Source: Clostridiales bacterium (GTDB lineage: Bacteria; Bacillota; Dehalobacteriia; UBA7702). From it: a stretch of 64,000 nucleotides of DNA. The notes beneath the pieces were generated by a model. That model was not told the origin of the DNA. It did not search any database and was given only the letters and a program-made list of their open reading frames with translations. The position numbers were made by a program, and so were the translations under genes. Shown piece by piece: positions 53,395 through 62,953 of the stretch. The stretch covers positions 808-64,807 of the forward strand of contig JAXGQI010000009.1 in the NCBI GenBank assembly GCA_040766525.1. Direction: 5' to 3'. Each line of letters opens with the position of its first letter. The stretch's first letter is position 1.

Positions 53395-53919
53395 CTACTC
53401 AACTACCGTATATGTTACCAGGCGGTAGCGGGCCGCGTATTTTAAATAATACTCATCAAATTTCACTTTTTTCGGAATCGGGATATCATCCCGGCCATTA
53501 ATCTGAGCCCAACCCGTAATTCCAGGAATTAATTGATGAACTCCAAGTTCCGTTCTCAAAGCAGTCAAATCATCCTGGTTAAACAAAGCGGGGCGTGGCC
53601 CCACAAAACTCATATCCCCTTTTAACACACTCCACAATTGCGGCAGCTCATCCAGACTTGATTTCCTCAGGAAGGATCCGAACGGCGCCAGATATACATC
53701 AGGATTCTGGAGTAAATGCGTAGCAACCGCAGGGGTATCAATCCGCATCGTCCGGAACTTCGGCATCCTGAAAATCTGATTATCCACCCCCACACGATCC
53801 GACCAATACACAGCCGGCCCCTTGGAAGTAAGCCTTATCAAACCCGCAATCACTAGGATGGGAACCAATAAGACCAGCACCATACAAAAGGAAAGAATCA
53901 GATCAAACAGCCTTTTCAT
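53395..53919 (-). CDS. undecaprenyl-phosphate sugar phosphotransferase (PglC/WbaP-C 'bacterial sugar transferase'), apparently 3'-truncated
   Basis: KRLFDLILS.., the re-entrant helix, ..PKFRTM.., DELPQLWSVLKGDMSFVGPRP and PGITGWAQING. After ..FDEYYLKY the usual ~30 aa amphipathic tail is replaced by 13 unrelated residues. Confidence 0.8.
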   Translation of the reverse strand: MKRLFDLILSFCMVLVLLVPILVIAGLIRLTSKGPAVYWSDRVGVDNQIFRMPKFRTMRIDTPAVATHLLQNPDVYLAPFGSFLRKSSLDELPQLWSVLKGDMSFVGPRPALFNQDDLTALRTELGVHQLIPGITGWAQINGRDDIPIPKKVKFDEYYLKYAARYRLVTYTVVE

Positions 53920-53929
53920 TTCTTAAATA

Positions 53930-53960
53930 GTTTTGAGTTTTAGATTTTAGGTTTTGAGTT
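53930..53960. repeat. GTTTTGAG-type simple repeat (plus-strand orientation) at the 3' end of the 4-helix-bundle gene
   Basis: GTTTTGAGTTTTAGATTTTAGGTTTTGAGTT. It overlaps the last codons and the stop of the gene. Confidence 0.8.
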
Positions 53961-54311
53961 ATTTTTATTCTGCGCGGTCGTTTTTACGATGGACGTAAGT
54001 ATATTTGCAATTGCTTCTGATTCAGCCAAAAGTGGTTCTATTTCGGTTTTTGAGATTATCCCGCTATCCTTAAGCAATCTAAGCCAATAGTTTGTTTCCC
54101 GTGCCTCTTTTGAAGCTATGGACATTTTTGATAAAAAATCTGCTCTACTCTGTCCAGCTAAGGCTTCCTCAACGTTTGCACCGATACTCGTCCCCGACTT
54201 AAGCAACTGCTTCGACAAAACAAACTCATTTTGCTTTAACAAAACCTTATACAACCCAATAATTTCCAAAGCAAAACAATAACTTTTATCTTTTATCAAA
54301 CTCTCAGCCAT
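53940..54311 (-). CDS. four-helix-bundle protein (TIGR02436; 23S rRNA intervening-sequence protein / Avd-like family)
   Basis: ..SKQLLKSGTSIGANVEEALAGQSRADFLSKMSIASKEARETNYWLRLL.. matches the family core (..R.a.SI.aNIaEG..R.s..df..fl.iA.gS..E...wl). Confidence 0.8.
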   Translation of the reverse strand: MAESLIKDKSYCFALEIIGLYKVLLKQNEFVLSKQLLKSGTSIGANVEEALAGQSRADFLSKMSIASKEARETNYWLRLLKDSGIISKTEIEPLLAESEAIANILTSIVKTTAQNKNNSKPKI

Positions 54312-54466
54312 AACCCAAAACCTAACTCAAAATTCAAAACCCATAACTCAAAACTTTTAAAGCTCAAAACCCAAAATTCAAAACTCAAAACTTCTTCACC
54401 CCAAAACTCCCTCCGCCATCAACTCAAAACCCAGAACTTAAAACTCAAAACTTTCGCAGCTCAAAA
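54312..54466. repeat. degenerate CTCAAAAC (= GTTTTGAG on the minus strand) simple-repeat tract, inverted relative to 53930-53960
   Basis: About 155 nt built from CTCAAAAC / TTCAAAAC / CCCAAAAC words. It runs from the start codon of the 4-helix-bundle gene to the stop codon of the upstream epimerase gene. Confidence 0.85.
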
Positions 54467-55444
54467 CTTCTCCTTCACCGCATCCCTCCACCCCGCCTTC
54501 AAATCAAACTGCGGCACAAAACCGATTTCCTTTTGAAAAAGACGCCCGTCCACAGCAATATCTTCCGTGTATTTATCAACAGTCTCCCGAGTAACCGGCG
54601 ATTTCCTTCCCAAAAAACCGGCCCCTTTTTCGATCAAGCCGACCACCATTCTCATCGGCCCAGCTGGCAAAGAAAACAGCGGCGGTTTGCGGCCAAGGGC
54701 GAGGCAAATAGCTTCAATAATTTCATTCATGCTATGAAATCCACCATCCGTAACATTATACACACGTCCAGCAGCGGCAGGATGAGAGACAACCTGCACA
54801 ACCGCTCGGCCAACATCCTTATCATAAATCAGCGTGCGCCGGTTCAAACCATCGCCAACGGGAATAAACCTGTTGTGTGATAAAGCATTAGTCAGCCGCT
54901 CATAATTACCTTTAATACGGGAACCATAAATTGCGCCAAAGCGCAGCACTGTTCCCAATGGCGCACCATCAGCACGTCTGGCCTTCAAGACAACCTGCTC
55001 CGCATCAAGTTTAGTCTGACCATAAAAAGTATCAGGACAAGTTGGCGACATCTCATCAAGCACCCGCCCCCCTGAATCCCCATACACCGCAATCGTACTG
55101 AACAAAACTACGCGCTGCACACCCGTCTTAATCGCAGCGTCAACTACCGCCTCTGTGCCGCCCACATTGACACGCACATATTTTTCGCGCATCTCTGGCG
55201 GGGGATTAACAATGTGCAAAAGCGCCGCCATATGAACAACGGCATCCACACCATCCGTGGCCGCCCGCACCTCCGACACATCAGTTACATCGCCAACACG
55301 CGCCTCAACATCATCAGGCCAGATTCCGGCAGGCGGTGAATCGATAGAAAGCGTGCGAATAGAATAACCAGCGTCATGGAAAGCATTTACGACTAGAGGG
55401 CCAACAGCACCGGTAGCGCCGGTAAGAAGAACTAATTTCGACAA
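54461..55444 (-). CDS. NAD-dependent epimerase/dehydratase (WbjF-like SDR)
   Basis: Rossmann motif LLTGATGAVG and catalytic YGQTK. The position between wbuB and the initiating transferase matches L-FucNAc O-antigen clusters. Confidence 0.75.
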   Translation of the reverse strand: MSKLVLLTGATGAVGPLVVNAFHDAGYSIRTLSIDSPPAGIWPDDVEARVGDVTDVSEVRAATDGVDAVVHMAALLHIVNPPPEMREKYVRVNVGGTEAVVDAAIKTGVQRVVLFSTIAVYGDSGGRVLDEMSPTCPDTFYGQTKLDAEQVVLKARRADGAPLGTVLRFGAIYGSRIKGNYERLTNALSHNRFIPVGDGLNRRTLIYDKDVGRAVVQVVSHPAAAGRVYNVTDGGFHSMNEIIEAICLALGRKPPLFSLPAGPMRMVVGLIEKGAGFLGRKSPVTRETVDKYTEDIAVDGRLFQKEIGFVPQFDLKAGWRDAVKEKF

Positions 55445-56706
55445 ATGACTTTATTTCCCGATCCAGAAATAAGATTTTCTATCAACACATGATATTGATT
55501 GGTCACTGTCTCGCGTGAATAATTTTGAACAACATGTTCACGCCCGGCACTACCCATTTTCTTCCATTTTGATTGATTCTGAAAAGCAGACATAATCATA
55601 TCAGCCAAAGCAACAGATGAGCCGGGTGCAACAACTTTCCCGCACGAAGCTTCATAAACCAAGCGCGCAAGGTCAGAATGCTCATCCGTAACAGCCAGAA
55701 CAGGTCGTGCACATGCCATGATACGATATACTTTTGAAGGCACAGCCTCAAACCCTGTTTCAACAGCCTGCGGCACCAGACAAAGATCAGATGCAGCATA
55801 TGCCTGCCCCATCAGAGAAAATGGCTGATAAGATAAAAAAACAACATTATTAATGCCATACATCTCGATGCGCCGGCGGAGAGACTCACGCACAATACCG
55901 TCGCCCATTATCAGAAAACGAATCCCTTCTTCATCTCTCAAGATTTTGGCGGCATCTATAATATTCTCTAAACCTTGGGCCGGCCCCATGTTACCCGCGT
56001 AACTCACAACAAATTTGTCTTGCAATTTGTATTGCCTGCTAAAATCATTATTTTTCGGCAACGGAACTAAATCACTTACATCAACAAAGTTTGGAATAAT
56101 ACAAACTTTATCGTTCGATACACCTTTTACTAAAAGCTGCTCACGCATGAGTGACGCAATCACCGTAACCTTCGATGATTTAGAATAGACAAACTTTTCC
56201 AACCAATACAAAAAAGCTACGACCCGTCGATTGCGGACCGCGCCTAACCTGATAGCAATATCCGGATAGATTTCCTGCACATTGTAAATAAACGGGACAC
56301 GGTGTAGCACACCAAGCAGCCAGGCACACAGACCTATTGTCAAAGGCGGCGATGGTGTAATAATAATATTTGGTCGGGGCACAACAGTTAAGCCAACAAT
56401 AATACTTATAAAATGGAAAAACGCCCATGATAAAAGCCGTAGGAAGATATTTTGCCCCTTACGAGGCATACATACATGATAAACCGTGATGCCGTGGAAG
56501 TCACTGCGATGCAGAATCTTCCACCATTTCGACCACAGTGGCTGCTGCTTCTCGTTTTCGAAGCTCGGATTGTAGTGTGGTACTGTTGTAATCACAGTCA
56601 GCCGATGACCATATTTTTCCAAGTCAACTGCGAGCTGCCCCATAATTTGTGCAGTCGATACACTGTCGGGCGGAAAGACAAGCGACAGCATCAAAACGTC
56701 GGCCAT
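55432..56706 (-). CDS. wbuB: GT4 glycosyltransferase, WbuB-like (L-FucNAc transferase family)
   Basis: The N-terminus ..LSLVFPPDSVSTAQIMGQL.. and a GT-B C-terminal E..G..P.K block. It lies immediately downstream of fnlABC. Confidence 0.7.
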   Translation of the reverse strand: MADVLMLSLVFPPDSVSTAQIMGQLAVDLEKYGHRLTVITTVPHYNPSFENEKQQPLWSKWWKILHRSDFHGITVYHVCMPRKGQNIFLRLLSWAFFHFISIIVGLTVVPRPNIIITPSPPLTIGLCAWLLGVLHRVPFIYNVQEIYPDIAIRLGAVRNRRVVAFLYWLEKFVYSKSSKVTVIASLMREQLLVKGVSNDKVCIIPNFVDVSDLVPLPKNNDFSRQYKLQDKFVVSYAGNMGPAQGLENIIDAAKILRDEEGIRFLIMGDGIVRESLRRRIEMYGINNVVFLSYQPFSLMGQAYAASDLCLVPQAVETGFEAVPSKVYRIMACARPVLAVTDEHSDLARLVYEASCGKVVAPGSSVALADMIMSAFQNQSKWKKMGSAGREHVVQNYSRETVTNQYHVLIENLISGSGNKVICRN

Positions 56707-56757
56707 TACATTAAGTCCATTAAATGAAACACAAAATAGATCCGCGCATCTAAACCA

Positions 56758-57879
56758 TTAATATTTCTGCCACACCACCCGATTGACGTAATCGGTATAG
56801 CTCTGAATTATCCGGACAACTTTTTCCGAAACATTGGGAACATCATAATCCCGAACCAGTCGCAGGGATCTATCGGCGCCCCGTGGCTGGCTTTCCAGGA
56901 TCGCCAGCGCTTCCTGCACCGGCTGCCATTTCGTCCCCACCATCATCACCGCCCCTTCTTCCATCCCCTCCGGCCTTTCATGCGCCTGGCGGATGTTGAG
57001 GGCGGGAAAATTTAAAATCGACGACTCTTCATTGATCGTCCCGCTATCCGAAAGCACGGCATGGGCGTTCATCTGGAGATTGACGTAATCGATCAGGCCA
57101 AATGGTTTATGCAATTCCACCAATGGCGGCAGTTTTATGCCTTCCTGCTCGATGCGTTTTCTGGTGCGTGGATGGGTGGTCACGATGATGCGCTTGCCGT
57201 AGGCTTCGGCCAATCCAGTCAGCACCTCAACCAGCCCACGGAAGTTGGCTTCGTCATCCACATTCTCTTCCCGGTGGCAACTCACCACAAAGTAATCTTT
57301 TTCCTGGAGCTTCAGCTGACTTCTGATCTCTGACTTCTGTATTTTCGGCATGTAGTAATGCAGAACCTCATACATGGGACTGCCCGTCTTGATCACCCGA
57401 TCGGGCGGCAAGCCTTCCCGCAGGAGATATTCCCGACCGATGGCGCTGTAGGGCATGTTGATGTCGCTGATATGATCCACGATTTTGCGGTTTATCTCTT
57501 CCGGCACCCGTTGATCGAAACAGCGATTGCCCGCTTCCATATGGAACACGGGAATCTTTCGCCGTTTCGCCGGATAGGCCGCCAGGCAACTGTTTGTATC
57601 CCCTAGAATCAGAATTGCATCGGGCTGTTCGGCGGCCAGTACCTCATCCACCCGGGCAATGACAAGGCCCACCGTCTCCGCCGGCGTTTTCCCGGCCGCA
57701 TCCAGAAAATGATCCGGCGCCCGCATCTCCAAGTCATTGAAAAATACCTGATTTAACTCATAATCGTAATTTTGTCCGGTATGCACGAGGATATGCTTCG
57801 TGTGTCGCTCCAAAACTGCGATGACCCTGCTCAATCGTATGATTTCCGGCCTAGTACCAACAATGGTCATGATTTTCAT
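56758..57879 (-). CDS. fnlC: UDP-2-acetamido-2,6-dideoxy-L-talose 2-epimerase (FnlC/CapG/WbjD; non-hydrolysing 2-epimerase family)
   Basis: [24 protein letters not shown] and [10 protein letters not shown]. It is third in the fnlA-fnlB-fnlC order. Confidence 0.85.
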   Translation of the reverse strand: MKIMTIVGTRPEIIRLSRVIAVLERHTKHILVHTGQNYDYELNQVFFNDLEMRAPDHFLDAAGKTPAETVGLVIARVDEVLAAEQPDAILILGDTNSCLAAYPAKRRKIPVFHMEAGNRCFDQRVPEEINRKIVDHISDINMPYSAIGREYLLREGLPPDRVIKTGSPMYEVLHYYMPKIQKSEIRSQLKLQEKDYFVVSCHREENVDDEANFRGLVEVLTGLAEAYGKRIIVTTHPRTRKRIEQEGIKLPPLVELHKPFGLIDYVNLQMNAHAVLSDSGTINEESSILNFPALNIRQAHERPEGMEEGAVMMVGTKWQPVQEALAILESQPRGADRSLRLVRDYDVPNVSEKVVRIIQSYTDYVNRVVWQKY

Positions 57880-57899
57880 GGAAGCCCCTTTTCTTTTAT

Positions 57900-59021
57900 T
57901 CAGACGGTCATACCAAAGGTGTCGGGAATATTCGGATCGAAAATTTCATCTGCCCAAAAAAGGACAACAATGTCGATATTTCCGACATTTTCTATGGAGT
58001 GCGTGTATCCTGGCGGTATATCCACGACGCGAAACTCCCTTCCCGTGACCGGGTACTCGATGACATCGCCGCCCAAGATGTGACGGAACCGGATCACTGC
58101 ATCCCCTTCGAGGACAACGAATTTTTCCACCTTGGTGTCGTGGTAGTGGTGGCCGCGCGTGATGCCCGGTCTGGTGCGAGACACAAAGATCTGTCCGATA
58201 TGCGGCGATTTGAGCAGTTCCGCCAATTCACCCCGGGGGTCGGTTCTCTGGGTTAGGGCATAGGCGAAGGCGTCCGTGGGAAGATAAAAGATGTAGGTTG
58301 CATAAAGGGCGTGGACCAGGGGATCACTCACATCAGGCACGGTCAGGCTGACCCGGCTTTCCCGGAAACCCCGGATCGTTTCCGCAAGAGCCCCCAGCGT
58401 GGTGCGATACGTCGTTTTGACCTGGCAATATTTCCCGTCCTTAACCGGCGGCATTCCATCCATCACGTTGATAAATGCGCGCACGACATCATCGACATAA
58501 ACCAGTTCGATTTCTTTTGCCGGATCGGAAATTGCGATGGGAAGATCATGAGCAATATTATGGCAGAAGGTGGCCACCACGGAGTTGTAATTGGGGCGGC
58601 ACCATTTGCCGAAAACACCTGGCAGACGGAAGACGGCAATCTGCGCCCCGGTCTCCTCCCCAAAGGCGAAGACTTCCTCTTCCGCCTGGCGCTTGGAAAC
58701 ACCGTAGGGATTATCCAAGAGGGCTTGCATGGACGAGGAGAGCAAGAGCAAGGGCTTCCGGCCCAGTCGCTTAAGGGTACTGCAGATCCGTCGGGTTAAA
58801 TCAAAATTCCCTTCGGTGAACTCCTCGACGCGTTCCGGTCGATTCACCCCGGCGAGGTGATAAATCACATCAACCTTCGACAGACTTTCTTCCAACAAGC
58901 CTTCTGCCGAATCGATATCGTACTCAATCAGCTCGACATCCGCCCGTCGTTTGAGGGCAATACTTAGATTTTTCCCTATAAATCCTCTCGCGCCGGTAAC
59001 CAGAATAGATTTCACATCCAC
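57900..59021 (-). CDS. fnlB: FnlB/CapF/WbjC bifunctional reductase-epimerase (SDR N-domain plus cupin C-domain)
   Basis: [14 protein letters not shown] at the N-terminus and the C-terminal cupin ..[24 protein letters not shown]... The start is GTG 59021 or, more likely, GTG 59015 after GAGGTG. Confidence 0.85.
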   Translation of the reverse strand: MDVKSILVTGARGFIGKNLSIALKRRADVELIEYDIDSAEGLLEESLSKVDVIYHLAGVNRPERVEEFTEGNFDLTRRICSTLKRLGRKPLLLLSSSMQALLDNPYGVSKRQAEEEVFAFGEETGAQIAVFRLPGVFGKWCRPNYNSVVATFCHNIAHDLPIAISDPAKEIELVYVDDVVRAFINVMDGMPPVKDGKYCQVKTTYRTTLGALAETIRGFRESRVSLTVPDVSDPLVHALYATYIFYLPTDAFAYALTQRTDPRGELAELLKSPHIGQIFVSRTRPGITRGHHYHDTKVEKFVVLEGDAVIRFRHILGGDVIEYPVTGREFRVVDIPPGYTHSIENVGNIDIVVLFWADEIFDPNIPDTFGMTV

Positions 59022-59022
59022 C

Positions 59023-60137
59023 TCACAAGGGCAAGGTTGTCATGCTGGCTTCTGACGGCTCTAGTGACAAGAGTTTTTCATGGTGAGCCTGTCGAACCAT
59101 AAGAAACACTTTCATCCTTCGACTTTCTCCTTTAATCGCCCACTGCACAATCTCCAACTTCATCAGCAGCTTCATCATCCCATCCACATCAAGCCTTGTC
59201 GTATTATGGGAATTGTAATCCTCTTTCAGCGAAACCTCTTCCTGCCCTTCGACAAAATAGCAGTTATAATTCAAATCACGCACATCTGCGGGAACACGGA
59301 AATAGCCCTGCCCATATCTTCGGCCTTGGCCATTTCCTCACGATTTAGGAGCGTCTCGTATAGTTTCTCGCCGTGCCGCGTCCCGATAATGCGAACGTCA
59401 TTTTTTGCGTTAAACAACTTCAGCAGCGCCTCAGCCAGAACCCCAATGGTTGCGGCCGGCGCCTTTTGAACAAAGATATCCCCTGGATTTCCATTCTGAA
59501 AAGCATACAACACCAAGTCAACCGCATCGTCTATTGTCATCATAAAGCGCGTCATGTTCGGATCGGTTAATGTCAGTGGTGTACCATCCTGAATTTGCTT
59601 GATAAAAAGCGGAATCACCGATCCGCGGGAAGCCATAACATTGCCATACCGCGTCCCGCAGAAAATTGTCTTTTTATCGCCGTACATCCGCGCTTTGGCA
59701 ACCATCAGTTTTTCCATCAACGCCTTGGACATTCCCATTGCATTTATGGGATAAACCGCTTTATCCGTGCTGAGTACGATCAGATTCTTCACCCCGCAGA
59801 CCATTGCCGCATTCATCACATTTTCCGCCCCTAAATCGTTGGTGCGGATCGCTTCAATGGGGAAGAATTCACAGGAAGGCACCTGCTTAAGCGCTGCCGC
59901 ATGAAAAACATAATCCACATCCTGCATGGCCGGTAGAATACTGTCGGAATTGCGGACATCGCCAATGAAAAACTTTACCTTTGGATTGGCAAGAGATATC
60001 CGCAGGTCTTCCTGCTTTTTTTCATCGCGGCTGAAAACGCGTATTTCTTTGATCTCCGTATTTAAAAAACGCCGCAATACGGCATTGCCGAAAGTTCCCG
60101 TGCCACCAGTAATTAACAAAATTTTATTTCTAAACAT
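59023..60137 (-). CDS. fnlA: UDP-GlcNAc 4,6-dehydratase/5-epimerase (FnlA/CapE/WbjB), one frameshift near 59305-59315
   Basis: LITGGTGTFGNAV, the CapE-type M-x3-K block (AMGMSKALMEK) and GTRYGNVMASRGSVIPLF. After the shift it reads ..GYFRVPADVRDLNYNCYF..EDYNSHNTTRLDVDGMMKLLMKLE, which is the canonical C-terminus. About 35 extra residues (..VRQAHHEKLL..) follow. Confidence 0.85.
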
Positions 60138-60149
60138 AGCCCCTCATAT

Positions 60150-60250
60150 TTTCTGATTTCTGACATCAGTTTTCTAACTTTGAACTTCGAACTCGGAACT
60201 GTGAACTTTATTCCCCCGCTGACTTCTGATCGCTGCCCGCTGACATCTGA
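60150..60250. repeat. low-complexity word tract (CTGACNTCTGA / GAACTT-type) in the fnlA-wbuZ spacer
   Basis: TTCTGATTTCTGACATCAG, TTGAACTTCGAACTCGGAACTGTGAACTT, GCTGACTTCTGATCGCTGCCCGCTGACATCTGAC. Confidence 0.7.
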
Positions 60251-60348
60251 CCTAAATCACACCCGAACACGATGTACATAAAATATTGTCTGTTTTTGAA
60301 GGCTTGAAAAAAATTTCAGAAAAAGTCCCTATTGACGGGAAGTTTGAT

Positions 60349-61131
60349 TTAAGCAGCAGAATAATATTTTTGGATAAGATTGTCTTTTTCTAACCAGTTG
60401 GGATAGTTTATCAAAACGGCTCTGAACTTTCCTTTAAATACAAAAAGACTTCCGGCAGCAGCGCCAATAATACCATGCCTGGCAATTAGATCACCTATAT
60501 CACCAAGAGAGCCGGCCCCCCCAAGAACAGTCAATGGCACAGTTATCATCTCGCGGATTTTTTCAATTAAAGCAAGATCATAGCCCTTCATCATACCGTC
60601 ATGATCGATCGAATTGATAACAATCTCGCCAACACCAAGATTCTCCATTTGTCTTGCAAACTCAATGGGATTTTTCCCCGTATCCTTGCGGCCGTTATGC
60701 GTACATACATCATATCGTCCGAACATTGCCTTTTTTTTAACATCTATCACAACAACAACACTTTGATTTCCCACACATCGCGCCGCTTCTGATACGAGAC
60801 CAGGATTATCAACTGCAGCGGCACTTATCGCCACTTTTTCAACGCCCAAACCAAAAATCCTTTTTATTTGCTCAACATCTTTAACACCACCGCCATAGCA
60901 AAGCGGCATCCGACATTCTGCGGCCAGATGTTCAATCATTTTAAAATCAGGAGCTCTGTTTTCACAAGTAGCATCTATATCCAGCACCATCAATTCGTCA
61001 ACTTCCTTCTCGTTGAAAATGCGCACAGCATTAATGGGGTCACCAACATACTTTGAATTCTTAAAATTGACGGTCTTAACCAGACCCTTATTCTGAATTA
61101 ACAAACACGGAATGATTCTGGGACGTAACAT
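60349..61131 (-). CDS. wbuZ: HisF-like cyclase subunit (WbuZ)
   Basis: MLRPRIIPCLL.., DELMVLDI, CYGGGV, GEIVINSIDHDGMMKGYD, LGGAGS. The ATG at 61131 lies 2 nt after the wbuY stop. Confidence 0.8.
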   Translation of the reverse strand: MLRPRIIPCLLIQNKGLVKTVNFKNSKYVGDPINAVRIFNEKEVDELMVLDIDATCENRAPDFKMIEHLAAECRMPLCYGGGVKDVEQIKRIFGLGVEKVAISAAAVDNPGLVSEAARCVGNQSVVVVIDVKKKAMFGRYDVCTHNGRKDTGKNPIEFARQMENLGVGEIVINSIDHDGMMKGYDLALIEKIREMITVPLTVLGGAGSLGDIGDLIARHGIIGAAAGSLFVFKGKFRAVLINYPNWLEKDNLIQKYYSAA

Positions 61132-61133
61132 AC

Positions 61134-61748
61134 TTACATCTCTGCAAAGTTTTTCAAAAGTTGCAGTCCATAATGATGGCTTTTTTCCGGATGAAATTGA
61201 ACACCGAAGATATTCCCGGCATTCACTGCACAAGTAAAGAGGCCTCCGTAGTCCGTGACGGCAATTACATCTTCATTATGCTGTGTTTGAAAATAATAAG
61301 AGTGCAAAAAGTAAAACCGTGCATTTTCCGAAAGACCTTTAAACAGCTTATTATCAATCGTCGGTTTTACATCATTCCAGCCCATGTGTGGCAAGCATGT
61401 TTTATGGGTTAATTTTGATGGATTCATTTTCAAAATTCTGCCATCAATCCATCCCAACCCTGGAAGGATACCTTCTTCACTGGACTTGGCCAGTATTTGC
61501 ATGCCAACACATATGCCAAGAACAGGTATGCGTCGTTCAAGAGCGCATTCATCCAGCATGTGACGTAATCCCGATTTATCAAGTAATTGCATTGCTTGAT
61601 CAAATGCGCCCACACCAGGCAAAACGATTTTTTCAGCGGATTTCAGATCATCAGGATGGTTAACAACTTCAGCGGGTATATTCAGTTTATAGTAAACTTG
61701 AGCAAATGCTTTGACATTGCCCAAACCGTAATCAATAATTGCTATCAT
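61134..61748 (-). CDS. wbuY: HisH-like glutamine amidotransferase subunit (WbuY)
   Basis: IAIIDYGLGNV, LPGVGAF, GICVGMQIL (nucleophile Cys), FGVQFHPEKS. Confidence 0.85.
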   Translation of the reverse strand: MIAIIDYGLGNVKAFAQVYYKLNIPAEVVNHPDDLKSAEKIVLPGVGAFDQAMQLLDKSGLRHMLDECALERRIPVLGICVGMQILAKSSEEGILPGLGWIDGRILKMNPSKLTHKTCLPHMGWNDVKPTIDNKLFKGLSENARFYFLHSYYFQTQHNEDVIAVTDYGGLFTCAVNAGNIFGVQFHPEKSHHYGLQLLKNFAEM

Positions 61749-62872
61749 CTAATGATTGTCTTCTGTATTCCAACCGCTCTTAATAATTGTATAGCCATAT
61801 TTATTAACGCCATATTGTTTTTATAATCGCGGTATGTTTTATTTTCACCATTCATGAGTTGTTGCAATGCCAAAACCGTCAAATCCATTTTTTTTGCAAT
61901 ATACTCAAAATCTTGCATAACCGTTTCTTCATCATATGCAGGTTTTGCGATGAGCTCCAACGCCTCCTGACGGGTCATTTGCCCGGTTAAGATCAAGCTG
62001 GAAAAGTGCGCGCGGTGTTTATCATAACCAAACTTCCTGGGTAGCCAGTATCCTTCATAAAATCGGGTAAAACGTGATTCATAATGCTTATACGCGTAAG
62101 TCTGCCAGCCAAACCGCTCCGCCAACTCTTTGATCGCTGTTTCTTTTATGTATGGCACATAGTCCAAAGGTTTGACAACTCTCACACCCTTAACGAATCG
62201 GTAATATATCTTATATTTAAAAATGTCCGCTGTCGGAAATTTCTTTAAGGAACCCTGACCAAACCGGCGATGTATGTCTTTTATTTGTCGTAAATCAGAA
62301 GCATGATAATGCCATTCCAACGGCTCACGGACACATTCCGTAGAAAAGTTGGCACCTGTTAAAATATATTTATGCCCGTTACGGGCCGCATAGTTGTATA
62401 ACCCTGCAAAAAAAGCGTGATCCTGCGGCGTATCAATATGTGGCACCTGCGCTTTGAAGAAAGCCAATTGTAAATCTTTCATGTCCGGCCAATCAATCAC
62501 CTCTGTATAGAGATCAAGGCCAAGGCCGTCAACTAGTTTCTCTATGTTATTAACAGCTTCCTGAGAATTCCAACCGGCGTCAACGTGAAAAAGCATTGGA
62601 CGAAGGCCAAATTTTTCTTTTGCCAAATAAGCCACGTAGGAACTATCAACACCACCACTTAAGCCAATAAGGCAATCATGGTCTCTGCCTTTTCCATCTT
62701 TTTTAATCTTATCTATAATCGGAGCAAGAATTTTTTCGCCTTGCTCATTTGGATGCCAGTGCGGAAGAATATTATCATGATAATTACGGCAATAGTCGCA
62801 CCAGCCTCGTTCATCGAAGGTAATATTTGGGTCAGAAGTATCCATAATACAATTGGAACATATACGATACAT
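61745..62872 (-). CDS. wbuX: N-acetyl sugar amidotransferase (WbuX family, PP-loop ATPase)
   Basis: MYRICSNC...CDYC Zn-ribbon-like cysteines and PP-loop GLSGGVDSSY. The preferred start is ATG 62872, after AAGGA; the ORF is open up to 62947. Confidence 0.8.
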   Translation of the reverse strand: MYRICSNCIMDTSDPNITFDERGWCDYCRNYHDNILPHWHPNEQGEKILAPIIDKIKKDGKGRDHDCLIGLSGGVDSSYVAYLAKEKFGLRPMLFHVDAGWNSQEAVNNIEKLVDGLGLDLYTEVIDWPDMKDLQLAFFKAQVPHIDTPQDHAFFAGLYNYAARNGHKYILTGANFSTECVREPLEWHYHASDLRQIKDIHRRFGQGSLKKFPTADIFKYKIYYRFVKGVRVVKPLDYVPYIKETAIKELAERFGWQTYAYKHYESRFTRFYEGYWLPRKFGYDKHRAHFSSLILTGQMTRQEALELIAKPAYDEETVMQDFEYIAKKMDLTVLALQQLMNGENKTYRDYKNNMALINMAIQLLRAVGIQKTIIR

Positions 62873-62953
62873 TTTAGTCCTTATCGGTACCACTTGGCAA
62901 AAAGAATCTGCAATGCCAGTCATTTGGATATGATTATGAGCAGACAAAATTAT

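Noticed and set aside
53940-54311. Diversity-generating retroelement, since the 4-helix-bundle protein is Avd-like
   Set aside because: No reverse transcriptase ORF is present. No template/variable repeat pair is visible, and no C-type-lectin or Ig-like target gene lies adjacent. The neighbours are sugar enzymes.
54312-54466. Possible CRISPR array, because of the many CTCAAAAC repeats
   Set aside because: The repeat unit is only ~8 nt and degenerate, the copies are contiguous without unique 25-40 nt spacers, and no cas genes are nearby. It is a simple-sequence tract, not a CRISPR array.
57315-57328. The 14-nt word GCTGACTTCTGATC inside fnlC is identical to one in the fnlA-wbuZ spacer (60218-60231), suggesting a repeat insertion into the coding sequence
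   Set aside because: The encoded segment (..[16 protein letters not shown]..) aligns in length and character with the equivalent region of FnlC/CapG homologs (..S[DE][VI]..L.L..). There is no extra insertion, so this is most likely a chance or compositional match.
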